Assembly (NCBI GenBank): GCA_951406725.2
Contig: OX597827.1
Span: forward strand, 57,784,001-57,848,000
Length of the DNA: 64,000 bases
Reading direction: 5' to 3'
Source of the DNA: Octopus vulgaris
Taxonomy: Eukaryota
The position numbers and the translations under genes were made by a program. Positions 1 to 11,736 of this stretch are shown in pieces; the first letter of the stretch is position 1, and every line of letters starts with the position of its first letter. The notes beneath the pieces were generated by a model, which was given only the letters and a program-made list of their open reading frames with translations, made no database searches and was not told the origin of the DNA.

Positions 1-94
1 ATGCCCTTGACCCTCTGGGAACAGCCTAGTTCCAGCAACTAATAAATGTTACATTAGCTTGCAAAGCTAAACTGGATAAAACTGTGACCAGACA

Positions 95-378
95 GGCATA
101 TGGTGTAGAGCGTGGGCTACTAACCCCAAAATTCTGAGTTCGATTCCAAGCAGTGACCTGAACAACAGTAATAATAACATCAAAGAATACCTTAGGAATG
201 AGAACCCAGGTTCGAAATTTCCCCAAGACACCTGAAGAAGGCTGGATGGTATATCGCCTTTTTCCCAAACTTCTCAAACCTGCTATAATGTAATACATGT
301 TTTTGTTGTTGTAATTGTCCGCAGCTGACAAGATGAGGACAAATATCCGGCGAATGTAAATAATGTAAATAATGTAAT
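95..378 (+). mobile_element. tRNA-derived SINE-like element (disrupted)
   Basis: tRNA-like head (TGGTGTAGAGCG...GAGTTCGATTCC; A/B-box-like) and a short tandem tail (ATGTAAATA)n. An internal CTGAAGA-AGGCTG motif lies at 232. Confidence 0.5.
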
Positions 379-837
379 ACTTGTTTATTTACATTGCTTG
401 GAAGTAATCATACATTATCTTGTAGCTTCAAGATTTTGATGAAGTGATTTTTAGAATGACATTGTATGTAGGTATGAGAGGTTGGGTCTGCTCAGTTTTA
501 ACATAAAACAGGTAGAATATTTGGGCTAGATATGGCCAGTTAGATACTAAATATATGCTAAAGTGTCAAGCCATGAAAAGTGGGATATTAGGGGCCTTTT
601 CAATCAGAGCTCACTTTGTATCTGCATCTGAATACACAGACCCAAGGAAGAGGTTTTGTTGCACCCTGCTGAAGGAGAGCCCTAAGTTCAGAAAAATGAG
701 TCAAGTAGGAGTACACGAAAGTTTATGAGCAGCACAGCAATTTACAGAAGTGAGAGGAGACTCTCTCCTATCGCGAACATATTCTTGCTTTTCATAATAG
801 CATATTCTTTGAATAATCCATTGATCAGGTTACCTTA

Positions 838-1198
838 TCTATATATATAAAGCTGAAGTTGTCTGTGTATGGCAGGTTTGGTAGCCTTCAACTAACACTA
901 TCTCCTCCGAGACCCTGCAGTGCAAGTTGACCAAAATTGAGAGTATGATAGAAGGCTTGCATTTCATTCTGTAGAAGATAAATTTCAAATCGGACCATGT
1001 TAACACCAAAAATTATTTACATCAAAAAGGTGCTTTTTTTCTATGAAAATCCCTATTTTTTACAATTTTTTTACTGCTGTGTTGCCATTTTTCAGTGTAT
1101 TTCAACCAGAAAAATGTTCACTTAAAATTTTTACTTTTCAAAAATTCCAATTCTAAAGGGTCGAAACAAACCTGAGCAACGCCGGGTGATACTTCTAG
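838..1198 (+). mobile_element. Non-autonomous Helitron-like element, copy 1
   Basis: Starts A|TC and ends CTAG|T, with a subterminal GC-rich hairpin (CCTGAGCAACGCCGGG). A near-identical copy lies at 49728-50117. Confidence 0.7.
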
Positions 1199-2145
1199 TG
1201 TTTTATATAATTTTTTGATTTCCAGTGCAATAGTTGTAAAGAAAGCTCAATCTAAAACGAGTGGTTCAAATTCATTCAACTCTACTTTTCTGAGAGTTTT
1301 TCAGCAGAAAACTGACAGTTGCCCAAATGGGCAAGTCTCCTCTCTCCATGCTACTGCTGTTATCCAATGGAAAATCCACTTCTTAAAAGCTAATACTGTT
1401 TGGAGCCAACTGTTATTCTAATCGTTGTCAGATCTCAAAGGTCTGGGAGCAATACCACAAGCATCTAGCAGACTGAAAAATCTGCCATCCAAGGTAGGCA
1501 CTCTATTTATTGACCCCGAAAGGACAGAAGACAAAGTTGACCTTGGTGGGATATGAACTCGTAACACAAAGAACTAGTGCAAATACTAAAGGACATTCTA
1601 TCCCATGCTCTAATGACTCAGCTAATTTCTGATTTGCTGATTCCGTGCCATGAAAAATGGCATAATTCCAATACACTGTAATACAGTCTAGTGATAGCAA
1701 AGATGAGAAACAAGCTGTTATAAGTGTAGTTGTAGCTTTTAATTTTTGCTCTCTGTACTCTCTGCATGTGTGTGTGTGGAGAGAGAGAAAGAGAGAGAGA
1801 GAAGGCGAAAGAGAGATGTATATTGGCATACATCGATAAATCTGCCTTTAGGTTTTTAAATTGCTAAATAAGCCACCTATATTATTTGTAGTTTTCACTT
1901 TTACTATTTTTTAAATCAGCATATGAATTTCAATGGTTTTCTTGTAAGACTGACACAGAGAGGTGAGTTTAACCCTTGGCACAGTAAGAGCCATTGATTA
2001 GGATTAAGATGCTCTGCATCAAAATCTGAAATCATTGATGATTTGCCTATATCTGTTGGGAGCTTGCCTCCCTTTGTCAGTCATTAAGATAATGCTTTGT
2101 GGCTGTTGTTTTGACTCTTATTTCTAGCAATACTAGTACTACTTA

Positions 2146-2486
2146 TGTGAAGGTGCATGGCTCAGTGGTTAGAGCGTCGAGCTTACGATCGCGAGGTTGT
2201 GAGCATGAATCCCGGACCGGGCTGCATGTTGTGTTCTTGAGCAAGACACTTTATTTCACGTTGCTCCAGTTCACTCAGCTGCAGAAATGAGTTGCAACAT
2301 CACAGGTGCCAAGCTGTATCGGCCTTTGCTTTTCCCTTGGATAACACTGGTGGCATGGAGAGGGGAGGCTGGTATGCATGGGCGACTGCTGGTCTTCCAT
2401 AAACAACCTTGCCTGGACTTGTGCCTGGGAGGGTAACTTCCTAGGTGTAATCCCATGGTCAGTCATGACCGAAGGGGGTCTCAGCA
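2146..2486 (+). mobile_element. tRNA-derived SINE family B
   Basis: tRNA-like head (GGCTCAGTGGTTAGAGCG) and a 14-bp TSD ACTAGTACTACTTA (2132-2145 / 2487-2500). Other copies at 10411, 57775 and 63655. Confidence 0.85.
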
Positions 2487-2589
2487 ACTAGTACTACTTA
2501 GTACCCTCTGTCACTTTGGTGGCGTCTATAAATTTGCCTTTAGGTTGTTAAATTGCTAATCAGCCACCTGTATTATTTATATATATATG

Positions 2590-2650
<61 letters not shown>

Positions 2651-3120
2651 TTATACATACATGTATATATGCATGTATATGTGTGTTTATATGATTGATT
2701 GATTCTAGTTTCAGCTCACGAGCTGTGGCCATGCTGGGGCACCGCCATTTATATACATACACATGCACACATATACACACACAGGCAAATGTGTGTATAT
2801 GTGTGTGCGTGAGTGGATGTATGTATGCGAGAATGGTCAAAATGTTTGTTTCACAACAAATGGGGTATATATATATATATATATATGTACATACATGTAT
2901 ATATGCATGTATATGTGTGTTTATATGATTGATTGATTCTAGTTTCAGTCCAGTGTGATGAAGCCTGAATGCACACATATATCATGTGATATGTGGTGCT
3001 AGTGCGAATACTAGTCTTAAACTGACTTGTTATTGCCAGGAAAACTATAAAAAATGGGAAGAGGTTGGGATCTGATCCCTGTTGTGTTCTGAGTTCATAT
3101 CCCACCAAGGTCAGACTCAA

Positions 3121-3208
3121 ATGGCCAGGCCATTTGGGTCTGATGAGTCATCTATACACCTAAGTGCTTTATAGGCACGAAACCAATGGTCACTCTCTCA
3201 CTGGCCAT
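3121..3208 (+). ncRNA. Type I hammerhead ribozyme (extended, canonical core)
   Basis: GGGT-CTGATGA-stem II-GAAA-CC-AAT-GG-TC-ACTC. Proximal stem I is GGGT/ACTC and distal stem I is ATGGCCAG/CTGGCCAT. Predicted GUC cleavage after 3191. Confidence 0.75.
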
Positions 3209-3230
3209 AACAAACAATCTTCTTAGTATT

Positions 3231-3450
3231 CTTTTATTCCTTTATTTGTTTCAGTCATTTGACCTCGGCCATGCTGGAGCACTTCCTTTAGTCAAGCAAA
3301 TCGACCCCAGGACTTATTCTTTGTAAGCCTAGTACTTATTCTATCGGTCTCTTTTGCCGAACCGCTAGGGACATAAACACAGCAGCATCGGTTGTCAAGC
3401 GATGTTGGGGAGACAAATACAGACACACAAACATGTACACACACACATAT

Positions 3451-3511
<61 letters not shown>

Positions 3512-3668
3512 CGACGGGCTTCTTTCAGTTTCCGTCTACCAAATCCAGTCACAAGGCTTTGGTTGGCCCGAAGCTATAGTAGAAGACACTTGCCGAAGGT
3601 GCCACGCAGTGGGACTGAACCCAGAACCATGTGGTTCGTAAGCAGGCTACTTACCACACAGCCACTCT
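3231..3668 (-). mobile_element. SINE family A (tRNA-like head, internal microsatellite)
   Basis: Reverse-complement copy of the ~400-bp family seen at 6345, 48631, 51128 and 59793. Confidence 0.9.
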
Positions 3669-5102
3669 TATGAAAATTTAAAAGGTAAATACTTACACGT
3701 TGTAAGGGAGATAATTACAGATGGCACAATTTTAAACTTCGTTTTATTTTGAAATCTTTTTTCATAATTTTACTAGTTTTAGCCCCTGGACTGCAGTCCT
3801 GCTAGGTCCATCATATAATCTCCTGTCTGTTACTTATTTTTATTGACCATTTCATCGAAGTTAATGAACATAACGAGACACCATAAAGACAGACACGGAG
3901 GCAAACATGTAGTTGTGTGTATGTGTGTGTTTGTGCATGTGTGTGTATACGTGAGTGTGTGTGTGTGTATGTGTGTGTGTGTGCGTGCGTCTGTGGTTGT
4001 GTGTATGAGCGTGCGTGCAAGCGTGTGTGCGACCGTGCGCGTGCATATGTATGTGTGTGTGTGTGTGTGTGTGTGTAGGCCCCTGCGCCATTAGAATCCA
4101 TATATGGGGCCCATGTTAATATCTAAGTTTGAGAATTTTTTATTCACTCCTGGAAGAATGCATTAATTATTTGAGCCTGGCTGTTTGTAGACAGTTGAAA
4201 AGAATACTTTTAACAAAAAAAAAAAAAAATTAAATGATAGCATTTTAGTTGCGGGTGGGTCCCCCACCCATTGTAGTTGCGAGTAGGCCTCCTTGTTGTT
4301 GAGGGTGGGCCCCCTTAGTCACCTGGCAACCAATATTTTTAGACCTAGTCCGCCACTGATTATAAGATTAGACTTTCCGCTGCATTCTATTGTTTTGTTT
4401 AATAAAATTGCTGTTTCTTCGAAGGTGGGGGTTTGTACTTGGCATTTCCTCGTCGTATGTTAGAAAAGAGGTCGTATTTATTCAAATTTCAAAAACGATA
4501 AACAAAAGTTGCTGTGGAAGAAGCGAGCTACAAAAAAAAAAAAACATTTAACCATTACGATAAAATATTTTTGTTGTTAATTCAAATAACAGTGGAAATG
4601 ATAAACATTTAAATTTTATATTTCAAGAGTTGACTCCCTTGTTTTACTTGATTTCTTTTTTCCTCACTCGTTGTGCGCTTGTTTTAAAGTGGAACTGTTT
4701 CTTGTCTCCCCTTTTTACATATAGTGTTAGCATAGCATCCACTTTACTGTTTGCTTTTCATGCAGTAGGCCTCACCAAGAATATTTCACTTAATCAATCT
4801 CTTCAATTTAGGCAGACGTTTCCACCTATCTGACATTTGACAAGACCACCCAAAATATTGTAAGGTTAGTAATCATAAATATTATAAATTGTCCACACTT
4901 TTACGTAGGTGGTTTCTCAGACTTACAAGTTAGTAATTTACATGACTAATTTATTTAAGAACAATTTATATCAGATAGATTATAGATTGTATGAGTACTT
5001 ATTAAGGAAAACCATCACGCATTAGGGCAGACTTCATACTTATAATAATATATATACACACACATACATACATACATACACACATACATACGTACATGCA
5101 TG

Positions 5103-5161
<59 letters not shown>

Positions 5162-5229
5162 ACCCACACACATGCGCAGAAACAAACAAAAAGGAACGCA
5201 GTGTAAGTAAATAACGGACAGAGTCAAGA

Positions 5230-5362
5230 CTATTGAAAAGGTTGCAAGACGCAACGAAAATTTTAGGAAAATAAAAATAAGAAATAAGTGGAAATTTTAC
5301 CGGTGAGTGTGTTACATTATAGGGCACAAAAAGAAAATGACTCTCCTCAGACACAACAGAAT
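5230..5362 (+). mobile_element. PLE pseudo-LTR-like fragment with U3-A8 hammerhead variant
   Basis: CTA-TTGAAAA-G-GTTGC-AAGAC-GCAAC-GAAA-ATTT-TAG. Same family at 26616 and, without the HHR, as a fold-back at 7268-7459. Confidence 0.6.
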
Positions 5363-5439
5363 AATATGTACAGTTAAACCAAAATTTTGGCTTTTAAAGT
5401 TAGCTATAAATGATAGAATAAAGACACTAGCTGAGCGCA

Positions 5440-5990
5440 ACGATTCCACCACTGTTAAGGCTAAAATGTAAATGTAGGCTGATTAACACCAAGGAATCTG
5501 AGATAGGTTAGAGTCAGTAAGCACATATTTAAGAATATGAATAACACGAAGAAAACGTCTGACCTCACCCAGTGGCGTGACACATGCGAAGTCATTACGT
5601 GGTTAGAAGCAAAGGCAGGGTCAGAGTTACTCTGTGAATTTTCAGCTATCGACTTCCACGGATTTATTAACCAAGTCACTAGATTTCGCAGATATAACGG
5701 ACAGAGTTATAGAAGTTGCGCACACTAGGAATACTCTCATCTTTGATAGCGATTCAGCCTAAATGGTTCTTTTGGTGCGGTAATGGGATTGTTTGATCGC
5801 TCCAATATTTGTGACTTCATTGAGTTTTACTTGTTAGATGTCCTGCGTAAGAGGTTCCCTTCTACTACGTTTGATTTGCATAGGGACGGCATACTGACTG
5901 TATTTATATGTGACAGTAAGCAGACGCAATCTAAATAAACTAAGGAAGGACATAATGCAAGTTTTCAAGTCCGAAAGACTAGGATATGAG
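5440..5990 (+). pseudogene. Degenerate Penelope-like reverse transcriptase
   Basis: Frameshifted translations KCRLINTKESEIG, DLTQWRDTCEVITWL, SFGAVMGLFDRSNICDFIEFYLL...FDLHRDGIL and NLNKLRKDIMQVFK resemble PLE RT motifs ([30 protein letters not shown]). Confidence 0.6.
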
Positions 5991-6075
5991 ATATATGGCA
6001 CGGCCGTTTTGGCGCCACCTGTTAGATACCACGGAGTTTATTTATTTTACGCTTTACTGTTTCTCTGTCTGTCTG

Positions 6076-6118
<43 letters not shown>

Positions 6119-6131
6119 GTCCGTCTGTCTG

Positions 6132-6183
<52 letters not shown>

Positions 6184-6344
6184 CCTGTCTATCTGTCTGT
6201 CTATCTGTATGTCTATATTTTTGTGTGCATGCGCGCGTATGTTTGCTTCCACAAAACAGGTCGAATGTTCAGTCAGCCGTACCAAACCATCACTGTCCAA
6301 ACAGCTGCAACCAGTTGTCTCGGACTTAGTATTACAAAAATGAA

Positions 6345-6716
6345 GGCGCAGGAGTGGCTGTGTGGTAAGTAGCTTGCTAACCAACCACATGGTTCCGGGT
6401 TCAGTCCCATTGCGTGGCATCTTGGGCAAGTGTCTTCTGCTATAGCCCCGGGCCGACCAATGCCTTGTGAGTGGATTTGGTAGACGGAAACTGAAAGAAG
6501 CCTGTCGTATATATGTATATATATATGCGTGTGTGTGTATATGTTTGTGTGTCTGTGTTTGTCCCCCTAGCATTGCTTGACAACCGATGCTGGTGTGTTT
6601 ACGTCCCCGTCACTTAGCGGTTCGGCAAAAGAGACCGATAGAATAAGTACTGAGCTTACAAAAGAATAAGTCCCGGGGTCGATTTGCTCGACTAAAGGCG
6701 GTGCTCCAGCATGGCC
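6345..6716 (+). mobile_element. SINE family A (3'-truncated)
   Basis: Head GGCGCAGGAGTGGCTGTGTGGTAAG. Ends at CAGCATGGCC. Confidence 0.9.
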
Positions 6717-7145
6717 AAGAGAGATGTAGCGCTAGTTTCCACAAACTCTGTTACAAGCTCAGTGAGAAGCTCACCAGTATTAACACCAGTTCCTACCATC
6801 CAGTCTTGGCGTTCAAGAACCTTGTCAGGGTTTGAACAGAAGGATCTCGGGTCTGCTCTCTAGTAAAAAAGAATCTTTGATAAGAGCGGACTCAACAAGA
6901 AAATGAGAATGATTATAAAAAGCTATGAATAAAAGAGAGATGTAGCGCTAGTTTCCACAAACTCTGTTACAAGCTCAGTGAGAAGCTCACCAGTATTAAC
7001 ACCAGTTCCTACCATCCAGTCTTGGCGTTCAAGAACCTTGTCAGGGTTTGAACAGAAGGATCTCGGGTCTGCTCTCTAGTAAAAAAGAATCTTTGATAAG
7101 AGCGGACTCAACAAGAAAATGAGAATGATTATAAAAAGCTATGAA
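6717..7145 (+). repeat. Tandem duplication, 216-bp period
   Basis: 6717-6929 is repeated at 6933-7145 with no mismatch seen by eye. Confidence 0.95.
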
Positions 7146-7267
7146 AAAGAAGTGTCCTCGTATAGAAAATATATAGATGTAGAAATACGTTTACATGAAT
7201 GAAATTATAAATTTCGTTTTTGGATTTGGTTTGCAAGATTCTTTATTTGAGTTCGTGTGTTGAAGCA

Positions 7268-7459
7268 TATTCTGTTGTGTCTGGGGAGAGTCATTTCCTT
7301 TTTGTGCCTTATAATGTAACACACTCACCAGTAAAAATTTCCACTTATTCCTTTTTTTTTTTTAATTTTCAAATAAGGAACAAGTGGAAATTTTACCGGT
7401 GAGTGTGTTACATTATAAGGCACAAAAAGAACATGACTCTCCCCAGACACAACAGAATA
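7268..7459. repeat. Fold-back (inverted repeat, ~85-bp arms) of the 5230/26616 family
   Basis: TATTCTGTTGTGTCTGGGGAGAGTC...CACTTATTCC is mirrored by GGAACAAGTG...CAGACACAACAGAATA. Confidence 0.85.
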
Positions 7460-7759
7460 CAAATTATAAATTATAAATTAAGAATCTTTAAACTATACGA
7501 AGGAAAATGTTAACTTAGAGTTAAAAGGTGTATGACGCGTGCAAGGGAAATAATTTACGAATATAACAACTGGATTATTCTAAAGGAAGAGTATTTTGTA
7601 GCAAGTGGAGATAATTGTGATAAAGCTAGCGGCGAAATAACAACACGACTCTCAGTTATCCATTTGGATGCTTATGATTGCGTAATGGTATTATAAGCTT
7701 ACATAATACATACATACATACATACATACATACATACATACATACATACATACATACAT

Positions 7760-7790
<31 letters not shown>

Positions 7791-8056
7791 TACGCGTACA
7801 CACATATCTGTATGCATACACACATTCATGCCCACACGTCTATGCATAGCTACGAATGAGCGAGTTTTCATGAGCTTACCTAGCACACAAGAAACGGTAG
7901 TCCCATCACACACGAATCAAATGTCAGTCTCTTAAAAATAGAATGACACGTTGGACAATGCACTGTCCGACACAATAGATACGGGAATGGAATGACACTG
8001 ACTGACGTCGTGGGTGACCCGAGGCAAAACAATTATCTATTATATAAAATCCGTTC

Positions 8057-8087
<31 letters not shown>

Positions 8088-8423
8088 CTTCTAGGATCTC
8101 GGGCATCCTCCATCCGATTGCGCTCAAATTTGATATGTAGATACCGACGGTATAAGGGCATGTATAAGTCTTGAAAAAATTACAAAAATCGATTCCAGGT
8201 GAGAATGCGATCGATAAAGCATTCTTTGGAATAGAAAAAATGTCTATCTTTATTTCTTCTTTTGCTGGTGTCTCAAATTTAGGTTAAATCAGTGTTTCTC
8301 AAAGGGAAGCCTATGGGACGGTCGGACAAGTTGTTTTGAGAAAATTTGGTTTAAATGTTTGACAACTCAGCACCGTCCATTGGACGGGGGCGTTTTGCTC
8401 GTATATATATATATATATATATA

Positions 8424-9191
8424 CTAGCAGCATAGCCCGGCGTTGCCCGGGTGTGTTAGAGTCCCTAGTAGGCAACGACTAATCCCAATCTAGTCCTTTC
8501 CCTCTAGGGAACGAAGACGCATGTGTAGGTTGCAATGTCTTCTCTTCACTCCCAAATAACTATCAAACAGCTATCGATAATTCAACCCAACCAATTCCTA
8601 CCAGGAAGAAATTACATTCGAGACTTTACCCTCAACACCGCCCCTTCTGCTAATAGCTGCTGCAGCCGCAAGTTATTCGAATACTTTTTTTGTTTACACT
8701 TTCTTTATAACTACCACCCCAAACGTTTTACCTTAAATTTTTGACGCACCCTAAGGGTCCTCGGACGCTACTTGCAAACTCTTGGTTTATTATAAACCGC
8801 TTTTGCCGTGTGCATCAAAAAACCTTTTCCATTCGTTTGTTCAGTTTGGTCACTTTTGACTTTTTCGTAGTTGTCACTCACATTGCTGCCCGCTTTTTGG
8901 CCGTTTTTGTACATTTTTATACATTTTGGGATACTTACCCCACGTGTTCCAAGAGTTAAAAGGTCGAGTTGCGTCCCCTAGACAGTCTCGACCCATGTCG
9001 AATTTATCGATTTTTTTTCAGAACTGGGAGAACTTTTCAAAATTTTCGCTGCGTTAGTTTTGAATTATGACATTGGGCTATGTGTGTGTCAAGTTTCATC
9101 AGAATCGGTTGAAAGCCGTGGTCAGGGTGAGGGTACAACCTGACAGACACACAGACACACAGACAGACAAACTGCCGTTTATATATAGAGA

Positions 9192-9194
<3 letters not shown>
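8424..9194 (-). mobile_element. Non-autonomous Helitron-like element
   Basis: The minus strand begins A|TCTTCTCTATATATAAA and ends with the hairpin CCCGGGCAACGCCGGG then CTAG|T. Inserted in (TA)n. Confidence 0.65.
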
Positions 9195-9229
<35 letters not shown>

Positions 9230-9524
9230 GTAAAGCGGTGGAGGACAATGCTAGCTGCTATGGCATGGCTAGAGATAGAGGGAAAAGTTAATGACAAGAG
9301 GAAGCGTGAACAAGGAGTATGGTGAGATGTTCACTAATACCTGTAAGCGAGAAAGAGCCTGAAGTATAGAGCCTGGAGTATAGGCAAACCTGCTGTAGTT
9401 CAGGCTTCCGCCGCTAGAAGCCACCTGACCCACCGGCGTTGGTCTACCGATCGAAGTCGTCACGTAAAGTTGTACTGCCACGTTTTTATTTTACTGTGCT
9501 TCTCCCCTGCTCGTTGACTTTTGC

Positions 9525-9690
9525 TATAGCTGAAACGGAGGAACAACGTGCTTCCGTGAAATTCTGTTTTCTATTGGGGAAAACGGCGACTGGAACAGTT
9601 GTCATACTTCAAACAACTTACAAGCAACTCGTTCAGGACGGCTGTCGACCAGCTGGATGAATGAAAACATCATGGAAATTCATGAACGAC
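9525..9690 (+). pseudogene. Mariner transposase N-terminal (HTH) fragment
   Basis: EEQRASVKFCFLLGKTATGTVVILQTTYK followed by RSGRLSTS, typical of a mariner N-terminus. Confidence 0.75.
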
Positions 9691-9691
9691 A

Positions 9692-9843
9692 GGCGCAGGT
9701 AAGTAGCTTGCTTACCAACCACATGGTTCCGGGTTCAGTCCCACTGCGTGGCATCTTGGGCAAGTGTCTTCTACTATAGCCTCGGGCCGACCAAAGCCTT
9801 GTGAGTCGATTTGGTTGACGGAAACTGAAAGAAGCCCGTCGTA

Positions 9844-9882
<39 letters not shown>

Positions 9883-10170
9883 TTTATTTTAAGCAGCAGA
9901 AAATTCAACAAAATCTGTTACTCTGAGTTTCTCGTTGCTGTCTGATGAACGGCAACGAGAAACTCAGAGTAACAGATTTTGTTGAATTTTCTGCTGCTTA
10001 AAATAAAGCATATTACTCTACCACTGTGTGTGTATGTTTGTGTGCCTATGTTTGTCCCCCTAGCATTGCTTAGCGGTTCGGCAAAAGAGACTGATAGAAT
10101 AAGTACTGGGCTTACAAAGAATAAGTCCCGGGGTCGATTTGCTCGACTAAAAGGCATGGCCGCAGTCAAA
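9692..10170 (+). mobile_element. SINE family A, interrupted by a fold-back insertion
   Basis: Family A head and tail flank the 9882-10026 insert, which sits in the internal (TA)n. Confidence 0.85.
9882..10008 (+). ncRNA. Fold-back PLE-type insertion with minimal hammerhead motif (9938-9975)
   Basis: 60-bp arms with CTGATGA as the loop. The HHR reads CTGT-CTGATGA-aCGgcaaCGa-GAAA-CTCAGAG-TA-ACAG. Confidence 0.65.
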
Positions 10171-10410
10171 TATATAGTTTCATCGTACAATTTCATTTGT
10201 ATTTGTTTATGTTGCTTTGTGGGATATACTATGTGGATAAATCTACATTGTTCTTGGTTCACTCCTAGTACATGGTACATTGGGCAAGTGTCCTACTATA
10301 GCCTCGGGCCATCCAAAGGCTTGTGATTTTGTAGACGGAAACTGAAATAAGTATCTCGCATATATTGACCGCCAGTGTTGGTGTGTCTACGTCCGATAGA
10401 ATAAGTACCA

Positions 10411-10662
10411 GGCTGTATGTTGTGTTCTTGAACAAGACACTTTATTTCACGTTGCTCCAGTTCACTCATCTGTAAAAACGAGTTGCGACGTCACTGGTGC
10501 CAAGCTGTCTCGGCCTTTGCCTTTTCCTGGGACAACCTTGGTGGTATGGAGACGGGGCACTGATATTTATGGTCTTCCATAAACAACCTTGCCCAGACTT
10601 GTGCCCCGGAGGGGAACTTTCTCGGTGCGATCTCATAGTCACTCATGACCGAAGGGGGTCTT
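10411..10662 (+). mobile_element. SINE family B, 5'-truncated
   Basis: Matches the body and tail of 2146-2486 (CATGACCGAAGGGGGTCT). Confidence 0.8.
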
Positions 10663-11019
10663 TACCATTTAAGTCTATATTTTATAGAATGTATATATTG
10701 CAGTATTTATGTTAGTGATTGCGGTTTGTGTGAAAATCAGCAAACCTTGATTTTATTCCCTGGTAGAGTTAGTTCCATTAGCCTTGTAGGCATTATAATG
10801 TTTACATATCTTAGAATCCTATGACCTGATTAGCTCCAGCTCATTGTGATTCCTTCATAAGCAAACGTACAATGTTTTATTATGTCAGCTGAAAGTTGTC
10901 ACATGACCAAGATTTCAAGATGAGGCGGTGCTTCCAAAAACATTTATTGTTTGATTGAGCCTACGACCAAGTATAAAAATAGTTTGTCTTGTTTGTTTAT
11001 TTTTTCCCCCGTCCAAAAG

Positions 11020-11115
11020 ACCAGTTGCGATCAAGAAACGAACAGGTGCAGTCAAGAGGCAGAAGTGACGGACAAGTTACTGACAAATGGGAACATGACA
11101 CGAATGCAGTTTTAA
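11020..11115 (+). CDS. Candidate terminal coding exon (TSCDQETNRCSQEAEVTDKLLTNGNMTRMQF*), host gene unknown
   Basis: A long pyrimidine tract plus AG precedes non-repetitive, balanced-composition sequence. No homology recognised, and the frame is uncertain. Confidence 0.25.
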   Translation, partial: TSCDQETNRCSQEAEVTDKLLTNGNMTRMQF

Positions 11116-11736
11116 AGGCCTTCACTAAGAGAAACCGAACGTTTCTGACAAACAGAACATCAGTCAGAGACTGCATGTACTAACTTCTTTCTTAAGCCCA
11201 AGTTGTGTTACTAATATCCATATACAAATGTTCCCGCTGCTCACTTATTTATTTTTTTCATCCTTACACATGCGAAATTCCCTTTGGTGACGCAACAGCA
11301 AGTTGGGTTGTTGTTTCTAGTAAAACAATATTTTTAAAAAAACGCTTCTTTGCCACACTTACACTAAATCTGTGGAAAAACTAAACGACAAACATTTCGC
11401 TGTTTAATATGACAAAACTAATTCATTTATCGTATGTTTACGGAGAATATTCTCTAGTGATGAAATTTCAAACGCCTTACGTGACTAATTGTTTTTTTGT
11501 TCTTTTTTTTAGCAAACTATTTCGCTGCTGTAGATTGCACAGCCAAATGTTCATTCTAACAAAAAGAAAACAAACACTATGAACTGAGTAAACAGTAAAT
11601 TTTTCGGCATACCTATACAAGTGTCAGTGGAGACGTGTGGCTTAGTGGTTAGGGGTGTTGGATTATGGTTTCAATTCCTCGATCAGGCGATGTGTTGTGT
11701 TTTTGAGTAAAACACTGCACTTCACGTTGCTGCAGT

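Noticed and set aside
2149-2220. tRNA gene (also 52948, 12020-12092, 63915-63989)
   Set aside because: These are tRNA-like SINE heads continuous with SINE bodies and TSDs, and the cloverleaf is not intact.
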